A DNA stretch of 63,040 bases, filler included, from Reclinomonas americana ATCC 50394 (lineage: Eukaryota): NCBI GenBank assembly GCA_048213135.1. It is 14 parts of 14 records of this genome, joined end to end, with 100 filler letters (N's around TTAATTAATTAA, not from the genome) between each part and the next. Parts side by side here need not be neighbours in the genome. Positions count along the whole stretch, not along the records: positions 1 to 5,285 come from AFZH01019088.1; positions 5,386 to 12,076 come from AFZH01019089.1; positions 12,177 to 14,132 come from AFZH01019090.1; 11 more parts are not named here. One strand, written 5' to 3'. Under the pieces are notes generated by a model, which had not been told where the DNA came from, ran no database searches, and was given only the letters and a program-made list of their open reading frames with translations. This document shows positions 1 through 12,304 of this stretch, in pieces; positions within the stretch are counted from its first letter, which is position 1; each line of letters starts with the position of its first letter. A program made the position numbers and the translations under genes.

Positions 1-1240
1 AGTAAAGTTGTTGTTGCACATGCACCTTTGCTCCCCACGTGCACGTGCACATGCGCCCAAGATGCGCTCCACATTACTGCTCACTCTACAGCAGACCACT
101 CTCCCCAATCCGCTCGCTCAATCGGCGACGGCCTCGGGAACTTGTGCAACACGAGACATTCAATTGATCAACGTCTCCATTCTGCTTTCTTCCAGAGGAA
201 CAGCAGTCACAACAAACGGGGCTTTTCATTTGCAATCACTCTTTCCAGTAAAACTATAAGAGTAAGAGCAGAGCGTCAGCAAAGGAAACAACCTCGAGTA
301 GTCGTTCCCTGTCGCTTAGGCGCTCTTTGTGAATACAAACAAGAGAAGAACGGACAGATACAATTGGATTACGATTGTGACTGCTCCGTTCTTCTCTTCC
401 AGAAACCTCAGTATACTAAACAGTAACTATCACCATCTGATATCGATTCGAGAATCCGACGAATTCGAAGATCGGCGCAGCGAGCATGCGCACCCCTGCA
501 TGAACGCGCGCGGGCGCACCGCTCATCCTCACAGCCAACTGCTTTCATGCAACTACCGAGAAGAACTCGACCTCGTTGCTGCGATAGTTTCTCGACTTTT
601 TCTCGCTTTTTTTCGTGATGTACTGTACATGTCTGAGTTTCTGGTGCTCACTCAAGATGGTGATCATCATGCAGCTGTGTTGCTGTTTGGATTAGTAAAG
701 TTGTTGTTGTTGTTGTTGTATACGGTTGAACTTGGTCATCAAGACAGCTGTTGCTTGTTTGTTGGTGATTGAATTGTTGTTGTTGAAATCTCGGCAATTT
801 CAAGCAAATGCATTGCAATCGAGACTTTCGTGCGACGCAGCGACACACTGCATCAGTTCGGCGCCAAGCCGTGTACAAGATGTACAATTCGCAAGTATGT
901 TAATAAAGCGCAAGCTCTCACACACACCTGCAACGCGCGCAGATCGCGAGATGCTAAACCATCGCAGCGTGCTCGCGATCGCGTGATTCATTCATGAAAC
1001 CCCGCCTCGCATGAGCACGCCAAACTCCTCCCGCACTCATAACTGAACCGAACAACCCGCGCTTATTCGAGCATGTCTCGCGCGAGCTCGCGCGAGCGCC
1101 GTCCGACACGCCGGACACACATTGCATTGCGTGACTGCATCACCAAACGCAGCGATCTCGTCCACAAACACAGATTTATCTTTTTCTTTTACGTGTGTGT
1201 GGGAGAGAGGAGACAGCCTTCTCCTCTCTCTTTCTACATC

Positions 1241-4200
1241 ATGAGTGACGATAACCGCATCCCGACTCCACCTTTGCGTGTGGAAGTGAACGCGTCGACG
1301 CATTTGGAGATGCGATCGCCTGCGTCACTTGCCCAGTCCGCCTCTCAACGCAAGCTCATTGCGCCAACGCCATCAACGCGGCCGCCACGTCATCACCGCC
1401 ACCAGCAGCAACGGGAGGCGGGCTTTTTGCGGCAAGTGTGGCTGCTGAGTAAAAAGAATCTTATTCTCATGGTGAGCTCTCTCTCTCTCCTCGCGCGCGC
1501 GTGTGTGTCTCTCACTGTTTCTTCGCAGTTACGGCAATGGAAGACGACTGTTGTGATCCTCTTGGCGCCTTTTCTCTTCAATCTCGTGCTGCTCGTTCTC
1601 AACGCCGGCTTGTCTTCAAGAGCCGGAGTTTATGGAGATGTTGGTGAGTGTGTCTAACTCCTGCACACACACCTCACACACGCGCTCTCTCCCCACTCTC
1701 TCCACGCATTCTTGGTGCATGCATTAGTTTTGTGCGTCACGATTTAGGCCATCACCCCAGTTTTTGTCCCGTGACGTTCCCTATCTCGGCCCCCAATCTC
1801 TTCTGCATTCTGCTCTTGCAGCTCTTCCATCTTCAGTTGCTGCAAAAAGTCGATTATATTTATTTATATTGTGTATTTTTTCTCAGTACGATCGTATCCG
1901 ATTCGTGATATTCCGCCCATTCCGCGATGCCAGCGGTCGGTGGTGGCGCCCGACGGTGCCTGCACGTCGATTGCGTATGCACCCGACAATGATCCAGATC
2001 TCGATGCGGCGATTGCGAATGTTGCGTGTTGCCTCTCCTCCTGCTTCTTCTATTCGTTTGTCGTGTCTTTGACACTGGACCCTCTCCTCCGCTCCATCTC
2101 ATTCTCGACACCTGAGCTCTTCTCGTTGTCTCCTCCTCCTCCTCCTCCCCCTCCTTCTCCAATCCGACCTTTCTTGTTGTCAACCATCTGGTCCTCATCC
2201 TCACTTACTTCTCTGCTTCTTGTTGCATTCCTCGTCATCCTCCTCCTCCTTCGTTTCAACCATCTCGCACACCGATGACTGTTCCTCTTCCTTCTTGGCA
2301 CCCCCTTCACCTTTTCATTCTACTCCTTCTCCTCTCTCACTTGTCGCTTGGACCATCAACTTCCTATCTCCTCCACCTTGTGTTCCTCCTCTCACTGTTA
2401 CATCGTTCCCAGCCTCTTTCCTCTCCTCCTCTTGTTTTTCTCTTGTGCTGCCATGTTCCACCATTGCTCTCTGCGTCACCTCTCATCGCCACTGTCTTTT
2501 CTTCATCTTCTATACGTTTTTCTCCTCCTCCTCATCCTCCTTCTTCTTCTTCTTCTCCTCCTCCTCCTCCTCCTCCACCACCCTCTCTCCCTCCCTCTTC
2601 GCCCCCTCCCCTCCCTTCAACCCTTCCCGTCTCATCCTTGCCCTCTCACCCCTTTCCCCTTTATCTCCCCCTTCTCTTCCTTCGCAGATCGTGTCAGCCA
2701 ACAACCTGGACCCCCCTCGCAAATTCGCCAACGGCGACGCCGTCAACTCGTTCCTCGTGCAGAACCGCAACATCACGCAGGCGGCATACATTTTCAACTC
2801 ACCGCTCTCCGACTCCAACGTCGACTACACCATTCAGTACAACGCCACCCAGTTGTGCGGTCTCGACATTTACTGCAACAACCCCGAGGAGCAGCTGGTG
2901 GTGCCGATGCAGGCGGCCATGAATAATCAAATCTGTTGCGTAACAGCCGCGCACCATCATTCTTCTCCTGATTGTGCTAACGAGGGCGACTTTGCGCAGG
3001 GCTCAAGCACTTTGGCACCAGCAAGACCACGCGTGTGGCGCAGTATCCGCGGACAGAGTTGTATGCCGTCAATAGTTGCGCCACTGATCCCCGCCTCTGC
3101 ACTCTCCCCTTTCACTCATTTGATGCGCTGCATTCCAGTCGTCTCCCTCAGCGGCGTCTTCTTCTACTTCCTCGTGTACATTTTTGTGTTCATCGTGTGC
3201 CTCGGCGGCATCGTGGCCGAAAAGGAGCGCAAGCTTCGCGACATGATGCGACTCGCGGGCCTGGGAGTTGCGTCTTCTCACACTCCCCCTCTCTCTCTCA
3301 CTCAATCTCACATTTCTTCCCTCCACAGAACCTCAGCTTTTGGCTCTCCTGGTTTGTGCAGCAAATGTTTGTCGTGTTGGTGGTCACCCTCGTCATCATC
3401 ACGTCGGGCGCCGCCTTCCAGTTCCGCTTCTTCCTCAAGAACAACTTTGGCACCTACTTTTTCCTCTTCTTCCTCTTTGGCATGTGCATGATCATGCTGG
3501 CGTTTTGGTTCTCCACCCTGATCAACTCGTCGCGCGTGGCGAGTTGCGTCTCCCACTCCTCTCCTGCTGCATCTCTCTGGAGACAAAGACTCACTCTTTC
3601 TGTGGATGTGCAGCACCGGTCGGCTTCATGTTCTTCATCGTTTGCTACTTTTTCGCCGACGCCACTGGCCGACTGTTCCCGGTGCTCACCGAAGGTAAGC
3701 TCGCCACCCCACGCCTCTCAGACCTCGCTCGCTCATTTTGTGTGTCCACAGGCATCCGTCTGGCCTTCTCCTTTATTCCTCCGGTGCTCTTCTCCAAAGG
3801 CCTGAACGACCTTGACAAAATCAGCTCGAGCGCGCTATCGCCTGGTCTGAGCTGGAGTGACGTCGGCAGCTATACTACCGTGTGGCCTCTTACGCGCATC
3901 TACGGCTGGCTTGTGCTGGACACTGCCATTCTGGCCTTCTTGACCTGGTACTGCGACAATGTCGTTCCGAGTTGCGTTATTCTCTCATGATGCGTGCGGA
4001 TCACGCACGCGGTGACTTACCTTCCCGTCGACGCAGCACCCTCTGGCGCTCGCCGTCCGTTCTACTTCTTCCTCACCAAGTCGTACTGGACCGGCCGTTC
4101 GTCATCGAAGCGCACGCAGGCGACAGAAAAGCCGATCAAAGGCCTGCCGCTCTCGTCGGAGCTCACCGACGAGGACAACGATGTGCGAGACGAGCGTGAG

Positions 4201-7200
4201 CGACTGCAGAAGGAGTCGGTGAGTGGTGCTCTGTTGTCTTCTCTCCTCTTCTCCTCTCTCTTCCCTTTGAGTTTGAAGCACCATGCGCTTCTCTCCCTTT
4301 CTTTCACTCCATTTGTTAGTCATCGCTATTCGCCGCCTTGTGCCCTTCCATTTCCCTTCCCTTCTTTGCCCTCTCATTCGGTCACTTCTCCTCTCTTCGC
4401 TTGTTCTCCTCTTCCATGCTTCCCTTTCTTCTCCTTCACTCTTCTCACCTTTCCCTTCTCCTTCTCTCTCTTCTCCCCTCTTCTCCTTCTCCTCTCTTCT
4501 CCTCTCTTCCTGCATCCTCCTTACCACCATCGCTGCCACAGGGAGACGAACAGCGTGCATCGTTTGCCGTGCGCATCGAGAACCTGGTGAAGCGCTTCGG
4601 AAAGAACAACGTCCTCCGTCGCCTTTACTTGGGCATTGAGCAGCCGGCCAACGAAGACGACGGACTGCTGTTTGGTCTGCTGGGTCCCAACGGAGCGGGC
4701 AAGGTGCGCGAAGTTGATGCAGTTTCTCTCCAGCTGCGCTTTGCCTCGCTCACGCTTGTGTGACAGACCACGACAATCAACATCCTGACCGGACTCATGC
4801 CGCCCACCGACGGCCATGCGGAGATCTGCGGCCTCGATGTGGCCGCTCAGTTCTCCGAGGTGCAGCGCCTCATCGGCGTGTGCCCGCAGTTCGACATTTT
4901 GTACGACGACCTGTCGGCTCGCGAGTCACTCCAACTCTTTGCCGGCCTGCACGGCATGAGCGACGAGGAGATTGAGGAGGAGGTGCAGCGTCGTCTCGAG
5001 CAGGTCGGTCTCGTCGATGTGCAGCACGACCGCTCCTCCACGTTCAGTGGTGGTATGAAGCGCCGTCTGAGTGTTGCTGTTGGTGAGTGTTGCCTGACGG
5101 AGAAGGAAGAGGAGAGACGAAGACGACAGCAGGCTTCTCTTAAACTCTCTCTCTCTTTCTCCTCATCCTCCTCTTCCACGTTCTTCTCCTCATCCTCCTT
5201 TTTCTTGTTCTTCTTCTTCTTGTTCTTCTTGTTCTTCTTCTTCTTCTCCTCCTCCTCCTCCTCTCTCTCCTCTCCTCTCGCTCTCNNNNNNNNNNNNNNN
5301 NNNNNNNNNNNNNNNNNNNNNNNNNNNNNTTAATTAATTAANNNNNNNNNNNNNNNNNNNNNNNNNNNNNNNNNNNNNNNNNNNNAGGGGAAGGGGAAGG
5401 AAACGAAGAAGACAGGGGGGGCGGACAAGTGGGAAGAAGAAGGAGCAAAAAATGCAGTGAGATACGTGACTATCATTCACGAACGGCAGTCACAAACCTG
5501 TTCGTCATTGTTTCTGACAAGCAGTAGGCGACAAGAATACATGACAGGAAGTGGTGGGGAGAATGCTTTCTGCCTTGGCAATCAATCTTCCTTTCTTCTC
5601 TGCACGCTGCTCTCCATTCCCTTGCGTTTCACTTCTCTTTATCTGCTTCCTTTCGTTTGGGTTTCTCATGCGCGTATGGTGCTTACCATACTCACCTCGC
5701 GCACAACGCAGGCCTGGTGTGCCAACATTTGCTTCTTTGCGAGTCCCATTATTCTGGTGAGTTTGTTGTCACGAGTCTGCTGTGCTTGGTGTGCACACTC
5801 TCATCGTGTTTCATGCAGTTGCTGCTCGTGCTCGGCGCACAAGCTCTTTTTGTGTCCCTCATTCCTGGCGTGGGCGGCAACGCTCGGCCGCAAATTCGAC
5901 AAGCTGCAATCTAGTTTCGTGTTGCAATCAAGCAAGCACGGGTGATGAGAAGAAGATGACTGACAGGCGCGCAGCATCGATGAAACGGGTATCGTCAATC
6001 CCACTGTCCCCTACACGGCGCCCGACTCGCTGTCGACGGTGCTCGGCTCCATGTCATACACGTCGACTCCGCCGCAGCTCTCCGGCTTGTTTGGCGCGTT
6101 TGATTTCTCCAAGATCACAGTTGCGTGTTGCTACGATCCACACGTGCGCCACACGTCACGACCCTCACTCCTCTCTTCGCATGCAGATTTGGGAGAAATA
6201 CACGACCGACAAGGTGGCCACGCCGCCGCCAGTGACCAGCGTGCAGTATCCCAACAAGGCCGCCGTCGACCAGTTCCTGCTGTCGCAGTTCAATCCGACC
6301 TCGCTCCAGTCGGTGCTCTTTGGCCTTGCTGTGGATACGGTGGACACGAACTCCAAGGCGCTGGAGTACTCGGTGTTTACCAACAGTGTGCGTAGGAGGG
6401 AGAAAGGGGGAAGGAGGAGGGAAAGGGAAAGGGGAAGGGGTGAAAGGGGATGAGAGGGGGAAGGGGGAGGGAAAAGGGGGAAAGAGAGTGATTGAGCAAC
6501 GGTGTTGCTGTTGTTATGTTGTTGTTGGTAATGCTGTGAAGAGAGACTCTCACCTCTCGTTCCAGACGTTGGTAACGCAAGCTGTTTCGCCTGCATCTGC
6601 AATACTTTTCTGTCTCTGTCGCTTTTTCTCTTTCTCTTTGTCACGCTTCCTATGGGGCGCGCCAGGAAGAGGAGGTGGAGCGTTGGAAGGGGTTTTTGCT
6701 GATTGTTGCAGTTCCGAGCAGCGGTTCTTGCATCGTGTTTGACGCACCGTGTTCTGCCATCCTCACTCTGTCTGTCACTCTCTATTGTGTCCATCGCCAA
6801 TGATGTGCGAGGTCTTTTACTGCTACCCTCTCTTGCTCTCGATTTATTACTCTCCCTCGCTGCGGTTCTTTTTTACTGTGTCACTTGATCTGCTTCCGTG
6901 GCTGACCGATTTCTTACCACCAAAAATGGGATGCGTGATCCAGCTGCTCTCTCACTCTCATGGGTTGTGGGAATTGACTGCTGACTTCGCGTACTTGTTG
7001 CAGAGTGTCGGCTACACCGCCAACGACATCTTCTTCCAGACGTACTTGAACACGTCGAATACAGTCGGCACCATGCAGCTCGTGGACAATGCGGCGTTTG
7101 GACTGTTCAAGGGCACATACTCTGCCTCGCTGACCACCAGTTGCGTACTGTGAGGAGCTCCTTTCTGCATTGTTGTGCTTTCCACTCACCTACTTGGGGT

Positions 7201-10200
7201 GCTGCAGGACTCCGCTCCTTCCCCACGCTCAACAATGACACAGAGGCCGGCACTCAACGTTTCGTCCCTGTCCCGCTGCTGAGCAATGGGAGACTGAGAC
7301 TGACACTTCTCTCTCTGTGTGCGCAGTGGATGGTACTGTGTTCGCCTCTCACCCAATGCCGTCGATGCATAGCGCACTCACTTCTCGTGTCTCTTCTGTA
7401 TTGCACCACTCGCCACAGTCGTTCCATACTTGTTGGTAAGTTGGCGGTGATCTTTGATGTTTTACAGTGCATGGACTGACCCGTCTATGCAGCCGCTGAT
7501 GATCTTCATCTCGTTCTTCCTGATCCTGCCGATTGTTGTGGGGGTACGTGGTGCAAACAGGGAGAAGAGAAGAAAGAAGGGAGAAGGGGAGCAGCGGAGG
7601 GAGTAGGAGGCAAGGGAGAGGGAAATCAAGGGAGAAAGGGAGCAATTGAGGAGGAGGGCAAGGGAGAAGGAGGGCAAGGGAGAAGGAGGGCAAGGGAGAA
7701 AAGAAGGGAGCAAAGAAATGAGCGAAAGGGAGGGCAAGGTAGAAGGAGGACAAGGGAGAAAGAGGTCAAGGAAGAAGGAGGGCAAGGCAGAAGGAGGGCG
7801 AGGGAAAGGAGTGCAAGGTAGAGGAGGGAGCGAAAAAATGAGAGAGCGAGGTATGTGTGTGAGAGAAAGACAACTTGACGAAGGAGAAGGAAGTCTGCGG
7901 CTGTGAGAGCAAGAGTCTCCTTGTTTCTCGTTCGGCTGGCTCACTAACTGTGTCGTCTGTGCCTGCAGAACCTGGTGTCAGAAAAGGAAAACCGCCTCCG
8001 ATTCCTCATGCGTCTGATGGGGCTCCGCTCGTCGGTGTACTGGATGACCACCTTTGTCTGGTACTATGTCATGTTCTGCCTTGCGACCATCATCATTTGC
8101 GTGACTGGCGGCATTCTGCGGTTCCGGTGCGTTGATGCGTGTTCAAGTGACGGCTGTGGACAATGTCCTCACCATCTCTTTCGTCTCAGTTTCTTCACAC
8201 AAAATGCACCGGGCACATACGTGCTGCTATTCCTCCTGTGGGGTCTGGCGGCCATTGCCATGGGTTTTGTGTTAAGCACGCTGTTCTCGACCGAGTACTC
8301 GGCGTTTGGTGAGCCTGTAGATCATGCCTTGCTCTCCGTCCTCCTCCACCATTCTGCTAACCGTGTTGGTTGACTCGCAGTGATTGCTATTGTCATTGAG
8401 ATTGTGCTGATCATTGTCGTGCGCGTGATCAACAACACGTTCCTCAAGGCCGGTGGCGATCTCTTCTATCTGGAGTTCATCACGTCCATTTTACCACCTT
8501 TCGCATTTGAACGGTACGTGAGACATGCAGTCTTTCAGCGTCACCTGTGCTTTCCTCCTAATTCTCTTTGCCGTGCGCAACAGTGGCATCGGCATTCTCA
8601 ACCAGGCCGTCATCAACAACCGCCCTGGCCTGCGCGTCGGAGACATTCAGTCCAGCGGTCTCGCCGCCGTCTACGGCTACCTCATTGTGTGGGCGCTGAT
8701 CTGGCTCCTCGTCACCTACTACTTGGAGCAAGTGCTGCCCGGTGGTGCTGGACTGCCGCGCAGCCCCGCATTCCTGTGCCACCGCTCGTTCTGGCGCAGT
8801 TGCTGCTGCTGCTGCGGAAGTCGTGGCAAGCCGAGCATGGAGCGCCGCATGTCAGAGCTGCCTGTTCTTGCGCACGGCAAGGTGCGGTCCACGGCGGAAA
8901 AGGGGGGACAGAAATGATGGAAGCTGACTCTGTGCTCGCAGGATGATTTGGAGGCTGGGCATGAACGTGACGAGGAGGGCCCCGACGTGCAAGCAGAGGA
9001 GGCGCGAGCGAGGCGTGAAATCGACGACGGCGTGTCGGTCATTGGCATTCGCAAGAAGTATCCGGTACGCAACCATTGTGGTGGAAGAGGTTGTGGCTGT
9101 TGTGCTCATGCATTTCGGCTGTTTGCAGAATTCACAAAAGGTCGCACTGAAGATGCTCTCGCTGCGGGTGCCGCGGGTGCGTTTTCTTTTTCTATCTCGT
9201 GTGCAGAGTGCAGAGTTTGTTGTGACACTCTGTTTGCTTGTCACAGGGTGAGTGCTTCGGATTGCTTGGCCACAACGGCGCAGGTTGGTGTCGTGATGCT
9301 TTTTTACTTCGCGCAGTGACGACCACGAATCACTCACATCTGCTGCTGCACCAGGCAAGACAACCTCGCTGTCGATCATTGCCGGCCTCTTTGCGGCCGA
9401 TGGCGGCGACGTGTTCCTCCAAGGCCACCACGTCGACGAGGACAACATGAACAGCATTTACAAGATCCTGGGCATTTGCGCGCAGCACGACATTTTGTGG
9501 CCCACCATGACTGGTGCGGAGCATGTGGCGTTCTTTGCGCGGCTGAAGGGCTTGCGAGGTGAGGGAGGAGAGAGTGTGAGCGCAAGAGGGAGTGACCCCG
9601 ACTGAAGAGAGCGCGATGCAGGGCCGGCTGTGGATGCGGAGATTGAGCGCCAGCTGGGTGCTGTCGGCTTGCTGCCGGCGCGTGATCGTCTCTCCAAGGA
9701 CTACAGCGGCGGCATGCGACGTCGTCTCAACACGTCGGTGTCGCTGACGGGCAACCCGCGTGTGCTGTTGCTGGATGAGCCGAGCTCAGTTGCGTTAGCA
9801 AAACAGGTTAATTTGTGTTACTGTCAGTTCTCTTATCATGAACGTCACAGGGTCTCGATCCGTACTCTCGACGCGAACTGTGGCGCTGTGTGATGATGGC
9901 CAAGCGCGAGGGTCGGGCGATGATTCTCACTTCGCATAGCATGGAGGAGGCTGGTGCGTTGTTGAAGAAGGGTGTGTATGTGTTTGCGAGTGTGATGCTT
10001 AACAGTTGGTGCTGCATGAACAGAAACGCTGGCCGATCGTGTCGGCATCATGGCGGAGGGTCGACTCAAGTGTGTAGGGTTCTCGCAGGATGTAAGTAGC
10101 AAGGGGAAGGGGGAGAAGGGGAAAGGGGAAATAGGGAAAGGGAGATAAGGGGAAGGGGGATAGGGGAAGGGGGAATGAGAGATAATGGAGGATGGTAATG

Positions 10201-11108
10201 GAGATGGGCGAAGGAGGAGGTGGGAGAAGGAAGTTGATGAGGGTGGATGAGAAGGGTGGATGTGTAGAAGTAGGAGACGAAAGAAAGGGCAGAAGGAAAC
10301 GGGCGATGAAGAAAGAAAGAGAGAGAGAGGAGAAACAGAGGGAGGTATGGGCGAAGGGAACGAGGGAGGTGCTCAGAAAGCACATCAGCAAGAGGCACTG
10401 TGGGACGCTAGGTATGACGATGTGATTGTGAAGCACAAGAAAGGAGTGTTTGTGAAGAGCAGCGTGAAGAAACGAAGATGGACCAGCAACGAGAAAGGAG
10501 GAGGGGAACGGGAGAGAACAGCAGAAGGAGAACGAGGATGAAAGCTGACAATCAACACGACGAGTTAGACCGAGAAACAGAAAGAAGATGGGGAAGAGAT
10601 ACTGGCATCATCATTGACTCTTCTTTGGATGTCATGCGCAGTTGAAGCAACGCTACGGACGCGGCTACAAGATGGTGGTCACCTGCAGCCCGATTGACCG
10701 CGACCGTGTCGTCAAGTGAGTGCGACTCCTTGTGCATTGCTTCAATGTGTCTTTCTCATCCTCTCTTCCCTTGCCAAGTTATGTGCAAGGTCGCTTCCGC
10801 GATGCGGTGCTGGAAAAGGATGTAAGCGGGCATCTCACGTTTTTGGTTTGTCTGCGTCAGTGATTGCGCTGCGTGCATGTGCGTCGCTCATCACCTGGTC
10901 ACAGATGCCAAGCGCGGCCACGCAGTTGGCAGACCTGTTCGAGGTGATGGAGCGCAGCCGCGTGGAGATTGGTGTGCGCGACTGGGGAATCAACCAGACG
11001 AGTTTCGTGAATGAGCGAGGCTGAAGTGTTGTCGTGATTGCTGGGTACTCACACGTGGTTTTGCGCGCAGCACTGGAGGATGTGTTTATCAGCGTGGGGC
11101 GCGAATGA
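1241..11108 (+). CDS. ABCA-family transporter locus with two TMD-NBD halves (multi-exon; interrupted by the scaffold gap at 5286-5385)
   Basis: Spliced exons give an ABCA N-terminus (FLRQVWLLSKKNLILM-LRQWK) and IVAEKERKLRDMMRLAGL. NBD1 has GLLGPNGAGKTT, GVCPQFDILY and FSGGMKRRLSVA. The second half has LVSEKENRLRFLMRLMGL, GLLGHNGA-GKTT, YSGGMRRRL, LLDEPSS-GLDP, LTSHSMEEA and terminal TLEDVFISVGRE-stop (TGA 11106-11108). The end of NBD1 is lost in the gap. Confidence 0.9.
5286..5385. other. Artificial scaffold linker N44-TTAATTAATTAA-N44 (first of 13)
   Basis: The identical 100-nt spacer, with stops in all six frames, occurs at 5286, 12077, 14133, 18294, 34217, 36057, 38115, 46302, 48697, 49969, 52862, 56019 and 60267. 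Several genes continue across linkers, so contig order appears real. Confidence 0.97.
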
Positions 11109-11222
11109 TACCCTTCACAGAGAAGGGGTTGGGGGAGAGAGTGAGCGGTAACTTGCAATGTACAAAGTGTGCAGAATGATAACAGCTGTCGAGCTCTGTG
11201 AGAGGGGGGCCAGTGTTGTTTT

Positions 11223-11330
11223 ATTGCGAAGCTGCTCTCTCGCCACGTCTGTGTGACTGGAGGTGACGAAGGCGACGCACCTCCCGACGCCATCGAGCCC
11301 ATGTTCTCCGCTGTGTGGATTGGCACGCGA
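11223..11330 (+). pseudogene. Orphan duplicate of the first exon of the downstream methyltransferase
   Basis: Encodes IAKLLSRHVCVTGGDEGDAPPDAIEPMFSAVWIGTR, nearly identical to 11660-11767. It has no ATG and no continuation. Confidence 0.8.
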
Positions 11331-11653
11331 TCGAAGGACAAGAGAGGAGAGCGACAGAGGACGAAAGAACGAAGCGCAAGAAGAGGAAGAAGATGCAGGA
11401 GAGGAAGAGACACAGGTGGCTGTGAAGGAGAAGGAGGATGAGGAGCAACAAAAGTGGAGCACTTATCGATATCGATATCATTGCGCCTGAATTGCAGTTG
11501 CATGGTGGTAACGGAGAGAATGAACGATTAGTCAAAGAGGAGGACTGTGGTTCATGAGTGCAAGAACTGCAGGCGCTGTGCTTGTACTGTTCAGACAAGA
11601 ACAAAGTTGTGTCCGGGAAGGACCGGTTTTGCACCTGTTTCTCTCCCTTCCAA

Positions 11654-12188
11654 ATGCCCATTGCCGAGCTCCTTTCCCACCGCGTCTTCGTGCCCGGAGG
11701 CGATGAGGGAGATGCACCTCCCGATGCCATCGAGCCCATGTTCTCCGATGTGTGGATTGGCACGCGAGTGTGGCCGTGTGCGTTGCTGTTGTGTCGAGCG
11801 GTGAGCGGGTTGCGTGGCGATGAGGCGGTGCGCGGGGTGTTGGAGGTGGGCGCGGGGACGGGACTTGGTGAGTGGGGGAAGGGGAGGAGAAGGGGAGGAG
11901 AAGGGGAGGAGAAGGGGAAGGAAGAATGCATGCGTTGATGACGGGAGATGAGAGAGAGAGAGAGAGAGAGAGAGAGGCGGGGGCGTACGTACACGCGTCC
12001 GTCGTCGGACCGACGACGACGTAACGGTACTCGACGGTCGGTCTACGTACTTACCGTCTACGACGGACGACGTAGTNNNNNNNNNNNNNNNNNNNNNNNN
12101 NNNNNNNNNNNNNNNNNNNNTTAATTAATTAANNNNNNNNNNNNNNNNNNNNNNNNNNNNNNNNNNNNNNNNNNNNGAGACGGAGAGT

Positions 12189-12219
<31 letters not shown>

Positions 12220-12261
12220 GTAGTAGAGAGAGAGAAGAGAGCTATTCTCTCTTGTTATTCT

Positions 12262-12304
<43 letters not shown>

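Noticed and set aside
1..1240. Short ORFs and the repeated AGTAAAGTTGTTGTTG (1 and ~693)
   Set aside because: No recognisable product or consistent exon structure, and the duplicate is short and low-complexity.
5330..5341. TTAATTAATTAA recurring 13 times as a possible regulatory or recombination site
   Set aside because: Always centred in exactly 44+44 Ns; it is an artificial six-frame-stop linker.
11985..12076. Odd TACG/GTAC-rich sequence at contig ends (also ~34120-34216, ~36157-36250, ~48655-48696, ~52830-52861)
   Set aside because: Occurs only next to gaps after microsatellites, which is typical of low-quality pyrosequencing read ends.
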